Shown one piece after another: positions 47,454-58,879 of a stretch of DNA of 64,000 bases. The stretch comes from an uncultured Acidobacteriota bacterium. Its GTDB lineage: Bacteria > Acidobacteriota > Vicinamibacteria > Vicinamibacterales > JAKQTR01. The notes beneath the pieces are model-generated. The model ran no database searches. It saw only the letters and a list, made by a program, of their open reading frames with translations, and was not told the origin of the DNA. The position numbers and the translations under genes were made by a program. The DNA lies in NCBI GenBank assembly GCA_963843385.1, contig CAWJJY010000007.1, positions 858,224 to 922,223 on the forward strand, written 5' to 3'. Position 1 is the stretch's first letter, and every line of letters starts with the position of its first letter.

Positions 47454-49673
47454 ATGCCATCCCCGTTGCCCGAATCTGAATCGTCGGGGTCGTCGAAACC
47501 CAACGGCCTGACCAGGCTGCGAGTCTTTTTTGTCGATCGGTGGGCGGGGCGCCTGATCGCGGTCGGAGCCGCCACCAAGCTGATCATCCTCGGGCTGAAC
47601 CTGGCGGGCATCGGCACGGGCCCGGCTGGGCAGTTCATCAGTTCGCTGGGCGGGGCGTGCCTGGCGGTTGGCGTCGGGATCGTGCTCTACGGCCTCATCG
47701 CCGTCGCCCGACGGCATCTCCTGTGGCGCGTCCGGAGCAAGCTCATCCTGTCGTACATCTTCATCGGGGTCATGCCCGCGCTGCTCATCGCCACCTTCTT
47801 CGTGCTGCTCGGTTTGCTGCTCTTCGCGAACCTGAGTTCATACATGATCCGCGCCGAGTTGAAGGAGTTCGGGGCGGATGCGACGCTCATTGCGCGGTCG
47901 GCGGCGCTCGAAATCGGCCAGGGAACCGACCGCGCGAGAGCGCTCGCCGCAATCACCAGGCGGCAGGCTGCTGCGGATTCGACCTACCCCGGTCTCTCGA
48001 TGGCAGTGGTTCCCCTCAACCCGGGACGCTGTGGCAACGGCGGGCCGGCGTTGCCTGCCGGCCATCCCGTTCCCGGGGGGACCGCCCCAACCAGGGTTCC
48101 CGTTTCAACGGGTCCCTGGGAGCATCAGGATGCGCCAAGTACGTTGCCGGCCTGGGTACCCTGCGTGGGCTTCAGCGGCCTGCTCGCGTACCAGATTCCG
48201 GTGACCGGGAACGACGCTGACCCGGGTACTCCCGCGTCCGGGGGCGTCGACGACATGCAGATGCTCGTTCGTACCGTGGCGTTCCCCGACGGTTCATCAC
48301 CCTCGTATGCCGTCGTCGTGGATCTTCCGGTGACAGCGATGGTGAAGGCACGGTTGCGGGACGAGACCACCATCGACGTGGGCCGGGCGAGCCTCGTGAT
48401 CGGCGACGATCCGGTGGTGCCAGGGCGCGGCCGCGCGATGAACAGCGGGCGCGATGTGCCGTCGACCAGCGCGGCGCCGCCGCGAACGTACCGCTTTCCC
48501 TGGGTCGCGGTGCTCGATCTCGTGGACTGGACCACCGGGCGGAGCCACGGTCTCACCGTCCACATCGGGATGAATGCGTCCGACATCTATCAGCGGCTGT
48601 CGTCGGCACAGGGCACGTTTGGGAACCGCAGGCTGGGCGACTACCTCATGATCGTGCTCATGGTGGTGGCAGGGCTGTTCCTGGTCATCCAGGCAGGCGC
48701 GCTCGGCATGGGCATGGCGCTCGCCAGATCGGTCACCGGGTCGGTCCATGAGCTGTTCACCGGGACCGAACGAGTCCGGCAAGGCGATTTCGGCCACCGC
48801 ATTGCGGTTCGCGCGAGGGACCAGCTCGGCGAGCTGGCTGATTCGTTCAATTCGATGACGGCGAGCATCGAGGACCTGCTGCGGCAGCAACAGGAGAAGA
48901 AGCGGCTCGAGGAGGAAATGCGGCTGGCGCGGGATATCCAGACCTCGCTGCTGCCGAGCGGTCCGCTGTCGAGTCCGGGCATCGAAATCGCGGCGGTCTG
49001 CGTCCCGGCCCGGGAAGTCGGCGGCGACTACTACGACGTGCTGCCTCTTCGTGACGGGCGCGTCGGCGTGCTCATCGCGGACGTGTCGGGCAAGGGCATG
49101 TCGGCCGCACTCTACATGGCGGAGATGAAGGGGCTGATCCTGTCGCTGAGCGAGATTCATCAATCGCCAAAGGCGCTGCTGATTGCCGCGAACCGGATCA
49201 TCTCTCACCACCTCGACAGCCGCAGTTTCATCACGATGACCTATGCGGTGTTCGACCCCGCTGCCCGGACGATGACCTACGCGCGGGCGGGGCACACGCC
49301 GCTCATCGTGCTGCCGAACGGGAACGGCCGCAACGGCCACGCGCAGCTGCTCGCGCCCGACGGCATGGTGCTCGGGCTTCGCATCGACGGCGGCGAGCGA
49401 TTCGATGCGCTGCTCCAGGAAGAGACGCTGAACCTCGCGCTTGGCGATGTCCTCGTGTTCTACACCGACGGCATCAGCGAGGCGATGAACACGGATTCCG
49501 ATTGCTTCGGTGAGCCGCGGCTCTGCCAGCTGGTCGAGGAACACGGCCACCTGGCCTTCGAGGAGCTCCGCGAGCGCATCCTGAGGGAAATCGATGCCTT
49601 CGTGGGCGGCGCACCGCAGCACGACGACATGACCATGATCCTGGTGAAGTTCCCGGCCAGCGTCGCGGCCTGA
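47454..49673 (+). CDS. membrane HAMP + SpoIIE/PP2C phosphatase
   Basis: TM segments, HAMP (DQLGELADSFN.M), EVGGDYYD, ADVSGKG, YTDG, HDDMT. Confidence 0.92.
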   Translation: MPSPLPESESSGSSKPNGLTRLRVFFVDRWAGRLIAVGAATKLIILGLNLAGIGTGPAGQFISSLGGACLAVGVGIVLYGLIAVARRHLLWRVRSKLILSYIFIGVMPALLIATFFVLLGLLLFANLSSYMIRAELKEFGADATLIARSAALEIGQGTDRARALAAITRRQAAADSTYPGLSMAVVPLNPGRCGNGGPALPAGHPVPGGTAPTRVPVSTGPWEHQDAPSTLPAWVPCVGFSGLLAYQIPVTGNDADPGTPASGGVDDMQMLVRTVAFPDGSSPSYAVVVDLPVTAMVKARLRDETTIDVGRASLVIGDDPVVPGRGRAMNSGRDVPSTSAAPPRTYRFPWVAVLDLVDWTTGRSHGLTVHIGMNASDIYQRLSSAQGTFGNRRLGDYLMIVLMVVAGLFLVIQAGALGMGMALARSVTGSVHELFTGTERVRQGDFGHRIAVRARDQLGELADSFNSMTASIEDLLRQQQEKKRLEEEMRLARDIQTSLLPSGPLSSPGIEIAAVCVPAREVGGDYYDVLPLRDGRVGVLIADVSGKGMSAALYMAEMKGLILSLSEIHQSPKALLIAANRIISHHLDSRSFITMTYAVFDPAARTMTYARAGHTPLIVLPNGNGRNGHAQLLAPDGMVLGLRIDGGERFDALLQEETLNLALGDVLVFYTDGISEAMNTDSDCFGEPRLCQLVEEHGHLAFEELRERILREIDAFVGGAPQHDDMTMILVKFPASVAA

Positions 49674-49719
49674 GGCCATCCGCATCCCGCTCTCGCGCTA
49701 CCCGCATCGATTGGCAGCC

Positions 49720-50673
49720 ATGGCAGACCCGATTGTGATCTTCCGCACGCACTCCGACGTCGAGGCCAGTGTCGTCAAGAGCCTGCTCGACGCTCATGGC
49801 GTCGTCGCCATGGTGTCCTCGGACGTGACGCACTCGGTGCTGCCGCTCACCATCGACGGCCTCGGCGAGGTTCGGATCACGGTCAGCGCGGAGGAGGCCG
49901 ACGAAGCGCGGCGGCTGATCGAGGGCTTTCGAGACGATGCCGAGCGCGGGCAGGTCGTGAGGATTCGGGACGAGTTCGAGGAACTGCAGGCGGCGCTCGG
50001 GTACCGTTTCCGCGACCGCGGCCTGCTCGAGCACGCCCTGACGCATCGTTCGAAGGCCAACGAAGACGTCACCGGCGGCGTGACCGACAACGAGTCGCTC
50101 GAATTCCTCGGGGATGCCATCCTGGGATTCGTCATCGCGGAATTGCTGTTCCACCAGTTTCCGGCCTACGACGAGGGACAGAAATCGAAGTTGAAATCCG
50201 CCCTCGTCTCCGCCCCGACGCTGGCGCGACTATCCGAGACGCTCGATCTGGGCCCGCACCTGCTGCTCGGCCGCGGAGAGGAGAAGAGTGGAGGCCGGCG
50301 GAAACTCGCCCTGCTGGCGGATGGCTACGAAGCGCTCATCGCGGCCATCTACCTGGATGGCGGGCTGGATGCGGTTCGGACGTTTCTCACGCGGGAGTAC
50401 GCCGGAATGGTCGAACAGCTCGCCACTTCCGCATCCGGGGGCCAGGATCACAAGTCCGCCCTCCAGGAGCTGCTGCAGGCCAGCGGCGAGCCGCTCCCGG
50501 ACTACCGGGTGACCGCGGAGATCGGACCCGCGCATCGGCGTCAGTTTCGCGTCGCGCTCGTGCTGCGCGGCGAGGTCGTCGCCAGCGCCGAGGGGCACAC
50601 CAAGAAGGAAGCGGAGCAGGAGGCGGCACGGCTCGCCATCGAGCAACTCGACGGCCTCAGTCGATCTCAATAA
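49720..50673 (+). CDS. rnc: ribonuclease III with N-terminal DUF2007-like domain
   Basis: ALTHRS, NESLEFLGDAIL, ADGYEALIAAIYLD, dsRBD; ~70-aa N-terminal EA.VVKSLL.AHG...V.....A.EAR domain. Confidence 0.92.
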   Translation: MADPIVIFRTHSDVEASVVKSLLDAHGVVAMVSSDVTHSVLPLTIDGLGEVRITVSAEEADEARRLIEGFRDDAERGQVVRIRDEFEELQAALGYRFRDRGLLEHALTHRSKANEDVTGGVTDNESLEFLGDAILGFVIAELLFHQFPAYDEGQKSKLKSALVSAPTLARLSETLDLGPHLLLGRGEEKSGGRRKLALLADGYEALIAAIYLDGGLDAVRTFLTREYAGMVEQLATSASGGQDHKSALQELLQASGEPLPDYRVTAEIGPAHRRQFRVALVLRGEVVASAEGHTKKEAEQEAARLAIEQLDGLSRSQ

Positions 50674-51805
50674 TGCCGGAATCCCGGTGTCGATCCCTGG
50701 ATCCGCGGCCAGAGAGCGCGGGATCGGGCTGCAACGGTTCGGTCGCGGGCAGCTTGGAGAGCGCGTAGCGCTGAACCTCCCGGGCGACGGTTTCGTCTTT
50801 CGGCGGTTCCGTTCTGCAGTGGAGCCGTATCCACAGGCGGAGAATCGGGTCGGTCATCGCGTATCGCTTCTGGTGCGACCTGACCAGGTCCACGTCCTCC
50901 AGCCACGAGAGATAGTCCTTGGTCGAGCCGGGGGTCCGGTGCAGGCGCATCGCGATCGCGGTGAGCGTGAGGGGCTCCTCGTCGGAGAGGATGTCCAGGA
51001 TGGCCTTCAGCGCCCCGTAGCCGCGCGCGCGGTGGAGCCGGATCTCGTAGGAGTGGCAGCACCAGGCCGCCAGTTCTCCGCCCTCGGACATCAGCGCCGC
51101 GAGCGCGGCGATCGGATCGGTGCTGCGGTGCGCGTCGGACCGAAGGCGGCGCAGGATCATCGCGACATACGCCTGGCGCCCCTCGGTGAGCAGGACGGCG
51201 GCGCTGGCGAACTCCTCGGCGTCGGCGAGGCGGAGCCCGGGGATTTCGGCGATCTCCTGCGCCGCGTCGGACGGGGACACCGGCGGGACATGGAGGACGA
51301 GATAGCGATCGCTTCCGTCCCGCAACAGACGGAGCGCCCTCGAGACGTAGCGGGAGGTGACGACGAACCGGTTCGCGGACGCTGCCAGGGCGTCAAGCGC
51401 GCGGCGCGTAATGCCGCGCAGGCCGGGGAAGCTGTCGAACGTCCGAAGTTCGAGGACCTCGTCGAGCAGCATGAGCGCGGGGCCGCCGCGAGGCGCGCGG
51501 GCAGAGGCGAGGTACGAGAGGACCTGGGCGAAGGCCGACTCCGGGCCGTCATCAGGCGCGTCCCGCGCCGGAGAGTCGAAGCGGGATCCGGCGAGCAACT
51601 CGCCGAGCAACCGCTCCGGAGTCGTCAACGTGCGCTCGAGATCGACATACTGCGCGTGGTCGGGACCTGCCGCGTCCCGCAGGCGCCGCAAGAGCGCCGA
51701 ACGGCCGGTACCGTCGCCGCCCAGCACGACCGGGATGCGCGAGGGATCGGCGTCAAGGGCGGACACGATACGCGCATCGAGCGCCGAGCCGGGAGGACGC
51801 ATCAA
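50657..51805 (-). CDS. degenerate P-loop ATPase with C-terminal winged helix
   Basis: GGDGTGRS Walker A-like, LLDE Walker [19 protein letters not shown]. Confidence 0.7.
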   Translation of the reverse strand: MMRPPGSALDARIVSALDADPSRIPVVLGGDGTGRSALLRRLRDAAGPDHAQYVDLERTLTTPERLLGELLAGSRFDSPARDAPDDGPESAFAQVLSYLASARAPRGGPALMLLDEVLELRTFDSFPGLRGITRRALDALAASANRFVVTSRYVSRALRLLRDGSDRYLVLHVPPVSPSDAAQEIAEIPGLRLADAEEFASAAVLLTEGRQAYVAMILRRLRSDAHRSTDPIAALAALMSEGGELAAWCCHSYEIRLHRARGYGALKAILDILSDEEPLTLTAIAMRLHRTPGSTKDYLSWLEDVDLVRSHQKRYAMTDPILRLWIRLHCRTEPPKDETVAREVQRYALSKLPATEPLQPDPALSGRGSRDRHRDSGIIEID

Positions 51806-53499
51806 CTGGTGCCGCCTGACCCGGTGTCCTGTGTCTGCTCACCCAGCATCGGGATCCGGACGCCGCGCTCGCGCGCGGTGGCAATGGCCTCCGGGTAGCC
51901 TGCGTCGGCGTGCCGGGCGACGCCGAGCCCCGGGTCGCCGGTCAGCACGCGGTCGAGCTTCTCGTCGGCCTCCTTCGATCCGTCGGCGAGAATCACCATG
52001 CCGGCGTGCAGCGAGTACCCGATGCCGACGCCCCCGCCGTGGTGGACCGACACCCAGGTCGCGCCATTGGCCGTGTTCAGCATCGCGTTGAGGATCGGCC
52101 AGTCCGCGATCGCATCGCTGCCGTCGCGCATGCCCTCGGTCTCGCGGTTGGGAGAGGCCACCGACCCGGTATCGAGGTGATCGCGTCCGATCACGATCGG
52201 CGCGGAGATCACGCCGCGGCGCACCAGGTCGTTGATCTTGAGGCCGAAGCGCGCCCGCTCGCCGTAGCCGAGCCAGCAGATGCGGGCGGGTAGTCCCTGG
52301 AAGGCGACGCGTTCGCCGGCGAGCTTGATCCACCGGCAGAGCCCGACGTCGTCGCGGAACATCTCGAGCGCTGCCTGGTCGGTCGCGCGAATGTCGGCCG
52401 GATCGCCCGACAGCGCCGCCCACCGGAAGGGCCCCTTGCCCTCGCAGAAGAGCGGGCGGATATAGGCAGGCACGAAGCCGGGAATGTCGAAGGCGTTGCC
52501 CACGCCGGCCTTGACCGCCTGGGCGCGGATGTTGTTCCCGTAGTCGAACGTGATCGCGCCGCGGGTCTGGAGCTCGAGCATGGCGCGGAGGTGAACGCCC
52601 ATCGACTCGACGGATCGCTTCACATACTGCACGGGATCGGCCCGCCTGAGGGCGCCGGCCTCGTCGAGCGAGAGGCCGTTGGGCACATAGCCATTCAACG
52701 GGTCGTGCGCCGAGGTCTGGTCGGTCAGCACGTCGGGCACGATGCCCCGCGCCACCAGGGCCGGCAGGACGTCAGCGGCATTGGCGGCGAGAGCCAGGGA
52801 GCGCGCCACCTTGTCTCGACGCCATCGCCAGACCGTCTCGATAGCCTGATCCAGATTGTCCGTGGCCTCATCCACGTAGTGCGTCGCCAGCCGGCGCTCG
52901 ATCCGGTGCGGGTCGACTTCGATCACCAGCGCGGCCGCCCCGTTCATCGTTGCCGCCAGCGGCTGGGCCCCGCCCATGCCCCCGAGGCCGGCGGACACGA
53001 ACACGCGGCCCGACAGGTCGGATCCGAAGTGCCTGGCGGCGACCGACGACAGCGTCTCGTAGGTGCCCTGGAGAATGCCCTGAGTGCCGATATAGATCCA
53101 GCTGCCGGCCGTCATCTGGCCGAACATGGTCAGCCCGCGATCCTCCAGGTCGCGAAACGTCTCCCAGTTGGCCCAGGCAGGCACCAGCAGCGAGTTGGCG
53201 ATCAGGACCCGGGGCGCGCCCGGGTGGGTCCGGAAGACACCGACGGGCTTGCCCGACTGCACGAGCAGTGTCTCGTCGTGTTCGAGTTCGCGGAGCGCGC
53301 GCACGATGGCGTGATAGCACGCCCAGTTGCGCGCAGCCTTGCCGGTGCCGCCGTAGACGATCAGCTGATCCGGACGCTCCGCCACATCGGGATCGAGGTT
53401 GTTCATCAGCATGCGCATCGCGGCTTCCTGGGGCCACCCCTTGCAGGAAATGGACCGGCCGCGCGGTGCATGGATTGTCGGAGCAAGTTGCGTGGTCAT
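51802..53499 (-). CDS. hutU: urocanate hydratase
   Basis: [46 protein letters not shown]. Confidence 0.97.
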   Translation of the reverse strand: MTTQLAPTIHAPRGRSISCKGWPQEAAMRMLMNNLDPDVAERPDQLIVYGGTGKAARNWACYHAIVRALRELEHDETLLVQSGKPVGVFRTHPGAPRVLIANSLLVPAWANWETFRDLEDRGLTMFGQMTAGSWIYIGTQGILQGTYETLSSVAARHFGSDLSGRVFVSAGLGGMGGAQPLAATMNGAAALVIEVDPHRIERRLATHYVDEATDNLDQAIETVWRWRRDKVARSLALAANAADVLPALVARGIVPDVLTDQTSAHDPLNGYVPNGLSLDEAGALRRADPVQYVKRSVESMGVHLRAMLELQTRGAITFDYGNNIRAQAVKAGVGNAFDIPGFVPAYIRPLFCEGKGPFRWAALSGDPADIRATDQAALEMFRDDVGLCRWIKLAGERVAFQGLPARICWLGYGERARFGLKINDLVRRGVISAPIVIGRDHLDTGSVASPNRETEGMRDGSDAIADWPILNAMLNTANGATWVSVHHGGGVGIGYSLHAGMVILADGSKEADEKLDRVLTGDPGLGVARHADAGYPEAIATARERGVRIPMLGEQTQDTGSGGTS

Positions 53500-53735
53500 T
53501 GGTATGGCGTGCGAGGCGTGTACGAACCGGCCACCGAAGATAAGAAGGTATGGAGCGGCACGGTGGATGTCAATCTCAAAAAAAAGCGCGCGTCCCTCGA
53601 CGCGCCCCTCCCGCGGCACCCGTCGGGAGCGGATGCGAGGCCCCGGGGGCTCGGCGAAGATCCTCACCGGTCCTGTGCTAACATCCGCGATTGCGCGCGT
53701 CGCGCGCCGCAGTCGGGTCCGGAGCACCAGGGCAC

Positions 53736-55061
53736 ATGAATATTGCCATTGTCGGTGCGCAGTGGGGAGACGAGGGGAAAGGCAAGATCGTCGACCTGCT
53801 CGCGCCCCGCTTCTCCATCGTCGCCCGTTCTCAGGGCGGTCACAATGCGGGCCACACCGTCTACGTCGGGGGACGCAAGTTCGTCCTCCGCCTGATCCCC
53901 ACGGGCATCCTGCACCCGACGATCACCTGCATCATCGGCAACGGTGTCGTCGTGGATCTGCAGGCGCTCTTCGAGGAGGTCGAGGAACTCGGGCGCGCGG
54001 GCATCAGCGTCGCCGGACGTCTGATGGTGAGCGACCGGGCTCACCTGGTGCTGCCGTACCATCGCGATCGCGATCGCCTCAACGAGGCGGCACGCGGTTC
54101 GGCCCGCATCGGGACGACGTCGCGGGGTATCGGGCCGGCCTACGAGGACAAGATCGGGCGGCGGGGCATCCGGATGTGCGATCTGGCCGAGCCGGATCGG
54201 CTCGCCGACCTGCTGCGCGAGCGCGTCGCGGAGTGCAACAGGCTCGAGGGAACCGAATCGCTCGACTGGAAGGACATCCTTGCGCGTACCGAAGCGTTCG
54301 GGGCGCGAGTGGCGCCGTGGATCGTCGACGCGTCCGTGGAGCTCGCCAGAGCCATGGCGGCGGGCCAGTCGATCATGTTCGAGGGTGCACAGGGCACCAT
54401 GCTCGACATCGATCACGGAACCTACCCCTACGTCACCTCGTCGAACGCAACGGCTGGAGGCATATCCACCGGCCTCGGCGTCGGACCCCGCGCCGTGCAC
54501 GCCGTGATCGGGATCGCGAAAGCCTATACCACCCGGGTGGGCGAAGGGCCGTTCCCGAGCGAGTTGACGGGGGAGGAAGGGACCTTGCTGCGCGACCGCG
54601 GGCAGGAGTATGGATCGGTCACCGGTCGCCCGAGGCGCTGCGGATGGTTCGATGCCGTCGAAGTGCGCCACGCTGTCCGCGTCAATGGCATGGACGGACT
54701 GGTCCTCACCAAGCTCGATGTCCTCGACACGCTGCCGCGCGTGCCCATTTGCACCGGCTACGCCGATGGGAACATGGTGCGGACGGAGTTTCCCGCGAGT
54801 CTGAGCATCCTGCAGCGCTGCCGGCCGGTCCTCGAGTGGATGCCCGGGTGGAGCAGGCCGACCGCCGGCGTCTCTGAAGCGGGGCAGCTGCCGGATGAGG
54901 CGCGGAAGTATGTGGAGCGCCTCGAGCGGCTCACCGGTGTGCCCGTCGTGCTGGTTTCGACGGGGACAGCGCGAGAGGACACAATCGTCTACAACCGCGC
55001 GCGCGCGGCGGAGTGGTTCGGGGTGAGCTCGCTACGAGAGGCGGGGGCAGCTAATACTTGA
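53736..55061 (+). CDS. purA: adenylosuccinate synthetase
   Basis: [40 protein letters not shown]. Confidence 0.97.
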   Translation: MNIAIVGAQWGDEGKGKIVDLLAPRFSIVARSQGGHNAGHTVYVGGRKFVLRLIPTGILHPTITCIIGNGVVVDLQALFEEVEELGRAGISVAGRLMVSDRAHLVLPYHRDRDRLNEAARGSARIGTTSRGIGPAYEDKIGRRGIRMCDLAEPDRLADLLRERVAECNRLEGTESLDWKDILARTEAFGARVAPWIVDASVELARAMAAGQSIMFEGAQGTMLDIDHGTYPYVTSSNATAGGISTGLGVGPRAVHAVIGIAKAYTTRVGEGPFPSELTGEEGTLLRDRGQEYGSVTGRPRRCGWFDAVEVRHAVRVNGMDGLVLTKLDVLDTLPRVPICTGYADGNMVRTEFPASLSILQRCRPVLEWMPGWSRPTAGVSEAGQLPDEARKYVERLERLTGVPVVLVSTGTAREDTIVYNRARAAEWFGVSSLREAGAANT

Positions 55062-55695
55062 TGCTGGCCGGGATGATGGCCCCGGCGTCTCGAGGCAGCG
55101 TCAGGGCATCGAGCGCCATCAGCTCAGGCGTGCGCGGCCCTGCGACTGCATCGCTCAACTCTGAGAGGAACTCTTCATCCGACACCGCGTCGCCGCGCGT
55201 CGCCTGACGCGCGCGGAATGCCGCGTCGGCGGTCGGCTTGATGCTGACGATCCGAGGTGGTGCCGACGAGCCGAGCCCGCCCCGATCGTCGAGCACGCGC
55301 CCGGCGCTGAGGCCGATCATCAAGCCCACCAGCGCGGCAGCGGCGACCCACCGAAGGCCGGGGCGCGATCGGACATCCCCGTGCTGATCGGCCGAGGCCA
55401 CCGGAAACGACAGCACGCGCGCACGCTGTCCGTGCGCCTCGATTCTCCGCAGTATCCTGTCCCGCTGATGGCTCAGCCGCTCGGCCGAGAAGGCGGCGTC
55501 CGCCTGGGACACCGCATCGCCCGCGGCCACCTCGAGTGTCTCCACCAGCTCGCGATATCGGGCCTCGCAGGCAGAGCACTGGGCCAGGTGCCGGACGACC
55601 CGTTCGTCACGGACCGACAACGCCCGCCATCCGCGCTCCGCCATGTAGCGCCGAATCAGCCGGTCAGCAGTGGTGTGACGACTAGCGCCGAGCAC
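55051..55695 (-). CDS. zinc-finger (ZAS) anti-sigma factor
   Basis: HLAQCSAC motif, single TM; overlaps the sigma gene end. Confidence 0.8.
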   Translation of the reverse strand: MLGASRHTTADRLIRRYMAERGWRALSVRDERVVRHLAQCSACEARYRELVETLEVAAGDAVSQADAAFSAERLSHQRDRILRRIEAHGQRARVLSFPVASADQHGDVRSRPGLRWVAAAALVGLMIGLSAGRVLDDRGGLGSSAPPRIVSIKPTADAAFRARQATRGDAVSDEEFLSELSDAVAGPRTPELMALDALTLPRDAGAIIPASIKY

Positions 55696-56401
55696 GGGTG
55701 CCCTCCAGCGCGGCACGCAGTTTCCGGATCGCCCGGAACAGGTGCACGCGAACAGTCGACTCGTTCAAGCCGGTCAGATTCCCGACGTCGCGCGACGAGC
55801 GTCCGTCGGCGTGGCACAACAGGAACACCTCCCGCTGCCGGTCCGGCAGCGCATCGATCGCGGCGGCGATGATCTGGCGCCGCTCCTCGCCGAGGACCTG
55901 CTCCTCGGGTGACGGCGTGAGGGCGGCCGCCGTTTCCACCAGTCGAGTTCCGTCGCTCGAGCTGTCCAGCCCTCCCACCTGCCAACGGTCCCGCCGGCGG
56001 CGCGCCTTCTGGCGATCCCGGCAGGTGTTGACGAGGATGCGGGTGAACCAGGCCTCAAACGGCAGGTCCTCACGATACGAGCCGATGTGCGTGAAGACCT
56101 TGACGAAGGCATCCTGCACGGCCTCATCGGCTTCGGCCGCATCCCGCAACAGGTACAACGCCAGCCGGGACGCCTGTCGCTGGTGGCGGGCGACGAGGCT
56201 GGCGAACGCCTCCCGGCCCTCTTCGTGCTGGCCGGCCAGCAGCAGCGCCTTGACCCGCCGGGCCTCGCCGGACTCTTCACCCCTGGACGGGCCGGCCCCT
56301 GACCAGTCCTGTGGGTCGGAAGCAGACCGCTCCGTGCCCGTCCACTCGGGCTGCGAGGGCGTCGCCGCAGGGCTGCCGTTCAGGCCTATCACCTTGTCCA
56401 T
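55682..56401 (-). CDS. ECF RNA polymerase sigma factor
   Basis: ADEAVQDAF, F.AW..RI..N, LP.RQR.VF.L, STVRVHLFRA. Confidence 0.92.
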   Translation of the reverse strand: MDKVIGLNGSPAATPSQPEWTGTERSASDPQDWSGAGPSRGEESGEARRVKALLLAGQHEEGREAFASLVARHQRQASRLALYLLRDAAEADEAVQDAFVKVFTHIGSYREDLPFEAWFTRILVNTCRDRQKARRRRDRWQVGGLDSSSDGTRLVETAAALTPSPEEQVLGEERRQIIAAAIDALPDRQREVFLLCHADGRSSRDVGNLTGLNESTVRVHLFRAIRKLRAALEGTRARR

Positions 56402-56407
56402 AGGGAG

Positions 56408-56435
56408 TTACGACGCCTCCCAAGGCCCCGTTTAC
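56408..56435 (-). promoter_or_regulatory. putative autoregulatory ECF promoter
   Basis: GTAAAC-N17-CGTAA ending 6 nt before the sigma ATG. Confidence 0.4.
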
Positions 56436-56772
56436 GGCTGGCGCCTCGGGAGTGTCCTTCCCATAGTAGCGCCGGACGGGCCTCGAAACCACACCTGAAG
56501 GGCCTTTACACCCCTGAATTCAAAAGAGATACACGGTCGGGTGCCGTGGGCGGGACAGGCAGATTGACCTTTGCCAGCGGCGCCGATGACGCGGCGCGCA
56601 TGCCCGGCGGCCAGCCGCTTCGTCGTGTTGTTCAGAAGTGAATTGCCCGGGTGTGTTTGACAAGTGATCTGACCGCTTTCGCTGAAGCGTTGCCGTGAGG
56701 GCCCGGGGGAGCGGTGGCCCTACGGCTATCTTCGATCGGCGGTCCAAGCGGCTGGTGCGCGGCCGGCAGCCT

Positions 56773-57888
56773 TCAGAACGGCGCTACGCTCGAGGCGCCC
56801 GCAGCCGGGTTCGCATGCGATGCAGTCCCAAGCAGCCGCGTGCCCGGAAAGTAATGCGTGATGATGTCGGCCGCGGACTGCCCGGCCCGGGCGCGCAACG
56901 CGGCGCCAGTCTGGCAGAGTCCGACGCCGTGGCCGTAGCCGACGCCGGCGAACACGAACTGATCACCGTTCCGCGTAACGCTGAACCACGTGCTCTTCAG
57001 GGACCGGGGCCCGAACGCCTGCAGGAGCACCGTCCGGAACTCTTCGGCCCGAACCAGTGGAGCACGTTCGCCCACGGCCGCGACAATCACCGCCCGGCCC
57101 GCGACGTCGCGCTCGGCCACGTCGACCCGAGCCAGCCGCGCGCCAACCCTCGTGCGCGGATCACTGTTGAGCACGGTTCTCAGGCGTTCGGCCGAGGTGG
57201 TGAACTCCCAGTGCAGCCCGGGCGCGCGCAGGCAGAGCGGATCGTCCACCGGCTTGAGATACGGAACCGGTGCTCCCCCCCACACGGCTCCGGCGTCGGC
57301 AGTGTAGCCGCCGCAATTGGAATGGAACAGCGCCTGGATCGGCTGGCCCGCGAAGCCGATGATCAGCCCCCCGGTTTCGGCAACGGCTTGCGTCGCCAGG
57401 TCCGGACCCGGTCCCGGCGCCGTCGCTCGATAGAGCTGGCAGTGGGTCGTGTCGCAGAGATCGAATCCCTCTGCGGCGTGCCGCCCCCGGTTGGCGAGGG
57501 CATAGGTGCGGGAGACAATAGCCTGCACGCGCATGACATCGAGGCCCGAGGGCGATTGCCACGTCTCGGGCGCCAGTTCGGCCCTGACGCAACCGGCCAC
57601 GTACTGATCCACCGGGACGGTGACCACGCGAGTGCCCCGACCGTCGGTGACGCGAATGCGAAGGGCTTCCGTGGAGATACGGCCTTCCGCACCGGTTGCG
57701 GATGGTGGAGTCAACAGTTGAATCGGACCGCGCGGGGGAGCGACAGGGACCCGCCGTGGAGGATTCGAGGCAGCGGTCCACGTGCACGCCGCGGCCGACA
57801 ACGCCGCCAGTGCGAGACCCAACAATCTGGTTCGGGCCTTCCACCGAGCGGATGCGCGCCCCAGGCCCGGCGTTGCAGAATTGCCCAT
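56773..57888 (-). CDS. SpoIID/LytB domain protein (lipoprotein-like)
   Basis: QAIVSRTYA, DLCDTTHCQ.Y, FHSNCGG, G.GHGVGLCQ.GA. Confidence 0.92.
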   Translation of the reverse strand: MGNSATPGLGRASARWKARTRLLGLALAALSAAACTWTAASNPPRRVPVAPPRGPIQLLTPPSATGAEGRISTEALRIRVTDGRGTRVVTVPVDQYVAGCVRAELAPETWQSPSGLDVMRVQAIVSRTYALANRGRHAAEGFDLCDTTHCQLYRATAPGPGPDLATQAVAETGGLIIGFAGQPIQALFHSNCGGYTADAGAVWGGAPVPYLKPVDDPLCLRAPGLHWEFTTSAERLRTVLNSDPRTRVGARLARVDVAERDVAGRAVIVAAVGERAPLVRAEEFRTVLLQAFGPRSLKSTWFSVTRNGDQFVFAGVGYGHGVGLCQTGAALRARAGQSAADIITHYFPGTRLLGTASHANPAAGASSVAPF

Positions 57889-58204
57889 GATTGCCCTATC
57901 GGCTGGTGCCGGCCAGGCCGTTAGAGTCGGCCGGTCGAGTCGCGACGGGTGAAGGATCGTCTCTTCGCGGCGACTGACCGAAGCCTGCGCGTGGAAGTCG
58001 CCGGCGCTCGCTCAAAAGGCGTTTGGAGCGCCACGACCCCCAGGGACCCATCTCACGGCGAACAGGGCTGGCCCTCGCGAGCTCACGGTCGGTCGTGTGC
58101 GCGGCCCGCACATTTCAGTCTCAACGCACACCCTTCACGAGACTCCCGCCGGGAAACAGTGCGAAAACCCCAGGAAATAGCGCGTTCTGCTGAGCTTCCG
58201 GGTT

Positions 58205-58220
58205 TGGCAGTGAGGTTGCT
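58205..58220 (+). promoter_or_regulatory. sigma54 -24/-12 promoter
   Basis: TGGCAGT-GAGG-TTGCT upstream of pilin-like gene 1. Confidence 0.7.
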
Positions 58221-58267
58221 CTACGAGGTGGCGAGATTGATCCAGCCCTCTGGAGGGGCACCTCGTC

Positions 58268-58879
58268 ATGTCGTTGAAGACGCGCCGTCGGTCGCACCTG
58301 GGTTTCACACTGGCAGAGACCACGATCATCCTGGCCACCCTGTCGGTGCTCGGAGCGGTCGTGAGTCCGTCCATCAACGACTATGTGAATGACGCCCGCC
58401 GCATCAAGGCCCAGAGCGACGTTCGCGTCGTGGCAGCCACGCTCGCGCGGTTTCTCTACGACGTCGGCGGCGACATCAGGCCGCGCTCGGGCAACTCTCC
58501 CGTTGCGCTCCTGGTCGGGGCGGGAGACACACCCGGGCTCGGTGCGCAGGCCGAGGCCGAGTGGGCGCTGCCTGTCGACGGAAAGCGCGTCGTGCTGCTC
58601 GATGACTACCTCGTGACCAACGCGGCCGGCTACAGGCAGGGATCGAGGGAGTGGTTCGGCGGAAGAGGCTGGAGCGGTCCCTATGTCGAGTCCGGTGTGG
58701 GGCCCGACCCATGGGGACATCGATACGCGGTCAACGTGCGCGCCTTGTCAGGGCCAGCCGGCTCGTCCGCCATCATGCTCTGCGCCGGGCCGAACGGCGT
58801 GGTCGAGACATCGTTTTCGGGCAGCGGGCTTGTCCTCGGTGATGATGCCATCGGTCAGATCGGTGCAGGAGGTCGATAA
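58268..58879 (+). CDS. type IV pilin / GspG-like protein 1
   Basis: class III signal G|FTLAE plus hydrophobic helix; GW.GPY...DPWG..Y. Confidence 0.85.
   Translation: MSLKTRRRSHLGFTLAETTIILATLSVLGAVVSPSINDYVNDARRIKAQSDVRVVAATLARFLYDVGGDIRPRSGNSPVALLVGAGDTPGLGAQAEAEWALPVDGKRVVLLDDYLVTNAAGYRQGSREWFGGRGWSGPYVESGVGPDPWGHRYAVNVRALSGPAGSSAIMLCAGPNGVVETSFSGSGLVLGDDAIGQIGAGGR

Noticed and set aside
56440..56770. Possible riboswitch/ncRNA between ECF sigma and spoIID
   Set aside because: No recognisable c-di-GMP, SAM, TPP or cobalamin consensus by eye; needs an Rfam scan.
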